A DNA stretch of 64,000 nucleotides from an uncultured delta proteobacterium. Lineage in GTDB: Bacteria; Desulfobacterota; Syntrophorhabdia; Syntrophorhabdales; WCHB1-27. The stretch is taken from contig CAWEPK010000007.1 in the NCBI GenBank assembly GCA_963810935.1, positions 369,811-433,810 of the forward strand. The letters run 5' to 3'. The first letter of the stretch is position 1. Each line of letters starts with the position of its first letter. Positions 59,662-64,000 of the stretch are shown piece after piece. The position numbers and the translations under genes were made by a program. The notes beneath the pieces were generated by a model that saw nothing but the letters and a program-made list of their open reading frames with translations, ran no database searches and was not told the DNA's origin.

Positions 59662-62238
59662 TTAATCTTTCCGGATCTCGCGCTCCGCCTCAAGCCAGTC
59701 TCGACCTGCTTGGCCGTCCTGGCGCCCCCTCTGTTCGTACAGTTCATAGGCCCGTGTGGCGATCTGCGGTGTCACATCGACAGGTATCTTGGCTAATAGG
59801 GGCGCGGCAGCAGGATCGAACACCCGGTACCCGAGCAGTTTCACGCGGTCAGTCACGAGGGCCCACGCGAGAGCATAACCCCAGACGAACAGCGCCCAGC
59901 TCCAGCCAAGGGGCGTCATAAACAACCCATAAACCGCAATCAACGTCGCCACGATTTGCGTGCCGAGCACGGCTGCCCATAGAGCCCGTGCAGGGCGTAT
60001 GGACCAGAACGGGCCACGCGTGCGCGTCAGGAAGATCGTCAGATGTCCCGCCACGGACAGCATCAGGTACATCAGCGTCTGGACGTGCGAGCGGTCGAGG
60101 TGATAGACGCGGTCGCCGAGATAAAACAGGCCAAACGCAGCCACGGGCCCGATGACGCCCAGCACCGTGGCGATCCCCAGCACTAAGCGCATGTTCCATG
60201 CCTCGGGCTTGTCTTTATAACGGACGTTGTCATAGGCAATCGACAGTATCGCCCCGTCGTTGAGCAACGCGAGCATTACGATCATGACCGCGGTCATCGG
60301 ATAGAAGTTAAACACCAGGATAGCCAGCGTCATAAACAAGAGGACGCGCAGCGTCTCGGCGATGCGATATATGGCGTAGCTGTTCATCCGTTGGAAGATT
60401 TTCCGGCTTTCCTTCATCGCATCTATGATCACCGACAGGCCGGGCGTCAGAAGCACAATGGACGCCGCGGCACGCGCCGCGTCCGTCGCGCCTGAAACGG
60501 CGATGCCGCAGTCTGCTTTCTTCAGCGCGGGGGCGTCGTTCACCCCGTCGCCCGTCATGCCGACGATATGGCCGCGTTGCTGCAGGACATCTACGATGTG
60601 GAACTTGTGTTCTGGGAACACCTGGGCGAAGCCGTCCGCTTTCTCGATTGATTCCGCCAACTGCGCCGTCTCGTGATGTTTTACGTCGCCGAAGCCGCCG
60701 GCGTCGAGGATGTTCGTGCCCAGTCCCAGTTTTCCGGCGGTTTCCCGGGCAATGGCCAATGCATCGCCTGTCACCATCTTCACGTTTACTCCCATCTGCC
60801 GCGCGGATGCGATGGTCGCCTTGGAATCCTCGCGAGGCGGGTCGAAAAGCGGCAGTACCCCGAGGAACTGCCATTGACCGTGTGCGTCTGTCCGAGCCAC
60901 TCCCAACGAGCGGAAGCCGCGCGCCGCGAAGTCGTTGACGGCCTTATCCACCTCGGGCTTCACCTGCGCGGCATTGGCCGCCAGCTCCATGACCACCTGG
61001 GGCGCACCCTTGGTCGCCTTGAACTCTTTTCCGTCCGGGCCCTTGACCGTGGCTTCGGTGCGTTTGTGCACTGGGTCGAAGGGCTGGAAATGAACGACCT
61101 GGCATCCTTTCAATGCCTGATCATTCTTCAGGCCGGCCAGCACGGCCAGGTCTATCGTGTCCTTATTCTCCGCGCGCGACGCCAGCGCGGCGTTAAGTAT
61201 GACTTGATCGGCGGGGACGCCGTTCACGCTGAACGGATCGCCAAGGGTCAGCTTGTTCTGGGTCAGGGTGCCGGTCTTGTCCGAGCACAGCACGTCCACG
61301 CCCGCCAACTCCTCGATGGCCGCCAACCGCGTCACAATCGCCTCTTTTTTGGCCAGCAGGCGCGCGCCGACCGCCATGGTCACGGACAGCACCGTCGGCA
61401 TCGCCACGGGAATCGCCGCTACCGTCAACACCAAGGCGAACTGAAGCGTGGTGAGCATCCGGTCGCCGCGGAAGAGCGCGACCGCCAGGATCAATACGAC
61501 AAGCGCCACAGCCAGTACGATCAGGTAGTCGCCGATCTTCAGCACGGCACGCTGGAAGTGGCTGACCGTGTGCGCCTCCTGCACCAGTTGCGCGGTCTTG
61601 CCAAAGTACGTATTCTGGCCCGTGGCGTAGACCAGCGCGTCGATTTCACCCTGACGGACGATCGACCCCGAGTAGACCGTCTCGCCGGGTTTGCGGGTGG
61701 CAGGCAACGACTCTCCCGTCAGCGCGGACTGATCCACCTCCACCGGGTCGCCAGCAAGTAATCGCGCATCCGCCGGCACGATGTCGCCGAGACGCACGCG
61801 GATGACGTCGCCCGGCACGAGCTCTCGCGCCGCCGGGTTGACCCACTTCCCATCGCGTTTCACGCGGGCCTTGACCGCCAGCTTGGCCTTGAGGGCCTCG
61901 ATGGCGTTGCCCGCCTGGTGTTCTTCCCAGAATCCGACCACTGCGTTGGCAACGAGCAAGAGGAGGATGATGAAAAAGTCCGGCCAATGACGGACCACGC
62001 CCGACAGGATCACAGCCACCTCGATCATCCACGGGATGGGGCCCCAAAAATAGCCGAGGAATTTCAGGAGCGGGTTGGTCTTCTTTTCTTCGATCTCGTT
62101 CGGCCCATACTGGGCCAGCCGCGTCGTAGCCTCCGCTTGACTGAGGCCTTCCGGCGACGACCCCAGCTTTGCCTGTAATTCCTGCAAGGAGAGGGATTTC
62201 AGGTCCCCTTTTGCATCGGATTTGCTTGTTGTTTCCAC
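59662..62238 (-). CDS. Plasma-membrane-type proton-efflux P-type ATPase (P3A) with C-terminal DUF2934-like tail
   Basis: TGES, IPVAMP, CSDKTGTLT, KGAP, TGDGVNDAP, ALLNDG; tail IATRAYELYEQRG..DG....DWLEAE. Confidence 0.95.
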   Translation of the reverse strand: METTSKSDAKGDLKSLSLQELQAKLGSSPEGLSQAEATTRLAQYGPNEIEEKKTNPLLKFLGYFWGPIPWMIEVAVILSGVVRHWPDFFIILLLLVANAVVGFWEEHQAGNAIEALKAKLAVKARVKRDGKWVNPAARELVPGDVIRVRLGDIVPADARLLAGDPVEVDQSALTGESLPATRKPGETVYSGSIVRQGEIDALVYATGQNTYFGKTAQLVQEAHTVSHFQRAVLKIGDYLIVLAVALVVLILAVALFRGDRMLTTLQFALVLTVAAIPVAMPTVLSVTMAVGARLLAKKEAIVTRLAAIEELAGVDVLCSDKTGTLTQNKLTLGDPFSVNGVPADQVILNAALASRAENKDTIDLAVLAGLKNDQALKGCQVVHFQPFDPVHKRTEATVKGPDGKEFKATKGAPQVVMELAANAAQVKPEVDKAVNDFAARGFRSLGVARTDAHGQWQFLGVLPLFDPPREDSKATIASARQMGVNVKMVTGDALAIARETAGKLGLGTNILDAGGFGDVKHHETAQLAESIEKADGFAQVFPEHKFHIVDVLQQRGHIVGMTGDGVNDAPALKKADCGIAVSGATDAARAAASIVLLTPGLSVIIDAMKESRKIFQRMNSYAIYRIAETLRVLLFMTLAILVFNFYPMTAVMIVMLALLNDGAILSIAYDNVRYKDKPEAWNMRLVLGIATVLGVIGPVAAFGLFYLGDRVYHLDRSHVQTLMYLMLSVAGHLTIFLTRTRGPFWSIRPARALWAAVLGTQIVATLIAVYGLFMTPLGWSWALFVWGYALAWALVTDRVKLLGYRVFDPAAAPLLAKIPVDVTPQIATRAYELYEQRGRQDGQAGRDWLEAEREIRKD

Positions 62239-62401
62239 GATGCTCTCCTCCTTTTCAAGGTACGTGGAGCATTACGCAAGGGTCAGGCAGCACCTTCACG
62301 CTTTTACCTCTGTCCGGAAAAACGATATGACCCAGACCCATGGATTACCCCACAACCCGCAGGTTTCGTTGAATCGGCCAACACCCCGCATGATTCTTTC
62401 T

Positions 62402-62854
62402 TCATTCTCCCTTCACAAGGAAGCAGGAGCACGGCAGTCTTCTCACAATCTCGTGATTGATGCGGCCGTAGATTACGTGTTCGATCCTGGTTTCATTATG
62501 GGCGGCCATAATGAGCAGATCTATGTTCTCCGCCTCCACAATCTTCACGATTTCATGGACGGGTTCGGCGTCTTTCACCATTTCTTTGATGGCCATTCCT
62601 CCGGCCCTTTCCTTTTGTATCATTATGTCGAGGTCGCTTTTGACCTCCTGCACCATGGCCCGATACTCTTCCCCCAAAGCCCGGAGGATGGGCATGGGGA
62701 GAGAACCACCCTTGAGGAAGAAGGGGTCATACATAGTATGGAGTATCGAGATCTGAACTCCGTATGTTCTCGCGAGAGAAATACCGTAATGGACAGCCTT
62801 TTTGCAGTCTTTCGTAGACCTGCTTACCACAAGAATCCGCTTCACATCCTCCAT
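62402..62854 (-). CDS. Universal stress protein
   Basis: KRILV, AV..G..LA, IDLLIM, G.....IVR.LPCS..LVK. Confidence 0.88.
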   Translation of the reverse strand: MEDVKRILVVSRSTKDCKKAVHYGISLARTYGVQISILHTMYDPFFLKGGSLPMPILRALGEEYRAMVQEVKSDLDIMIQKERAGGMAIKEMVKDAEPVHEIVKIVEAENIDLLIMAAHNETRIEHVIYGRINHEIVRRLPCSCFLVKGE

Positions 62855-62918
62855 TATCGCCCTCCATTCTGATTATAGGGCCTTTGCGAGCGTCCCGAGT
62901 CAGTCTTCCTTTGCCTGA

Positions 62919-64000
62919 TTATTTCTCAGGATTCCACTTCCAGTTCCGGATTTCCGGCATGTCCTGGCCGTATTTGTCAATGTACAGCTTGTGCTCGATG
63001 AGCTTGTCCTGCACCAACTGCTTCAGATAGACCCCTTTGGAGCCCAACTGCGGCAACCTATCGACCACGTCGGCCACCAGGTGGAACCGGTCGAGTTCGT
63101 TCTGCACCCTCATGTCGAAGGCCGTCGTAATCGTGCCCTCTTCCTTATAACCACGGACGTGCAGATTGCGGTTGGCCCGGCGGTAGGTCAGCCGGTGGAC
63201 CAGCCAGGGGTATCCATGAAAGCCGAAGATGATGTGCCTGTCTTTCGTGAAGAGCGAATCGTAATCCGTGTCGGGGAGCCCGTGCGGGTGTTCGGTTTGC
63301 GGCTGCAGCTTCATGAGATCGACGACATTGATCACCCGTATTTTCATCTCCGGAAGATGCTCGCGGAGAATGGAGACGGCGGCCAGAACCTCAAGGGTCG
63401 GCGTATCCCCGCAGCAGGCCATCACCACGTCCGGCTCGGCGCCCTGGTCGTTGCTGGCCCATCGCCAGATGCCGAGTCCTTCCGTGCAATGCACGACCGC
63501 CTCCTGCGTGGTCAGCCATTGGGGCGCCGGGTGCTTTCCCGCAACCACCACGTTCACGTAGTGCCGGCTGCGCAGACAGTGATCGAAGACCGACAGCAGG
63601 CAGTTGGCATCCGGCGGAAGGTAGATGCGCACTATATCGGCCTTCTTGTTGACGACATGGTCGAGGAAGCCTGGGTCCTGATGGGTAAAGCCGTTGTGGT
63701 CCTGCTGCCAGACGTGGGAGGCGAGCAGATAGTTGAGCGAGGCGATCTTCCGCCGCCACGGCAGTTCCAACGTGACCTTCAGCCACTTGGCGTGCTGGTT
63801 GAACATAGAATCAATGATATGGATGAAGGCCTCGTAGCAGTTAAACAACCCGTGCCGTCCGGTCAGCAGGTAACCCTCCAGCCAGCCCTCGCTCTGGTGC
63901 TCGCTGAGCATCGAGTCGAGCACGCGACCGGAGGGCGCGAGGAATTCATCATTCTTCACTGCCCTGGCGTCCCACTGGCGATTGGTTACTTCAAAGACCG
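62919..64000 (-). CDS. xfp: Phosphoketolase (XFP), C-terminal part
   Basis: [49 protein letters not shown]. Confidence 0.95.
   Translation of the reverse strand, partial: VFEVTNRQWDARAVKNDEFLAPSGRVLDSMLSEHQSEGWLEGYLLTGRHGLFNCYEAFIHIIDSMFNQHAKWLKVTLELPWRRKIASLNYLLASHVWQQDHNGFTHQDPGFLDHVVNKKADIVRIYLPPDANCLLSVFDHCLRSRHYVNVVVAGKHPAPQWLTTQEAVVHCTEGLGIWRWASNDQGAEPDVVMACCGDTPTLEVLAAVSILREHLPEMKIRVINVVDLMKLQPQTEHPHGLPDTDYDSLFTKDRHIIFGFHGYPWLVHRLTYRRANRNLHVRGYKEEGTITTAFDMRVQNELDRFHLVADVVDRLPQLGSKGVYLKQLVQDKLIEHKLYIDKYGQDMPEIRNWKWNPEK

Overview
GC-rich bacterial chromosome segment. Gene content and repeat types suggest a deltaproteobacterial-type anaerobe (inference only). Many genes are split by single-base frameshifts, often at homopolymers, which points to long-read consensus errors. 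Left arm (1-24.6 kb): 5' end of kaiC, PAS histidine kinases, a nucleotide-cyclase-like gene, a YkuD-Mur ligase fusion, a large CFI-box surface protein, tandem alpha/beta hydrolases, an orphan higA, a THUMP methyltransferase and a metallophosphoesterase. Centre: a leftward operon (secreted beta-propeller-like protein plus an M23/glucosaminidase peptidoglycan hydrolase). The hydrolase is split by a 3,756-bp IS1-family cargo element (17-bp TIRs, 8-bp TSD) that carries DUF3800, putative small RNAs and a tRNA-like sequence. Back to back with this operon is a ~17-kb P22-like podovirus structural/packaging/lysis cluster (31.6-48.7 kb) with no integrase, repressor or replication genes. The two operons start from mirror-image sigma70 promoters, each preceded by five TGTCAC-type sites at 13-bp spacing. 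This is the best candidate for an undescribed system: a domesticated, GTA-like podophage particle co-regulated with a cell-wall hydrolase module. Right arm: mnmE-jag-yidC-yidD-rnpA-rpmH without an adjacent dnaA, DUF3237, a solute-binding/AraC fusion, a phosphatase, a P-type H+-ATPase, USP and the 3' part of a phosphoketolase. A ~130-bp palindromic repeat family has seven clear copies, most of them right after stop codons.
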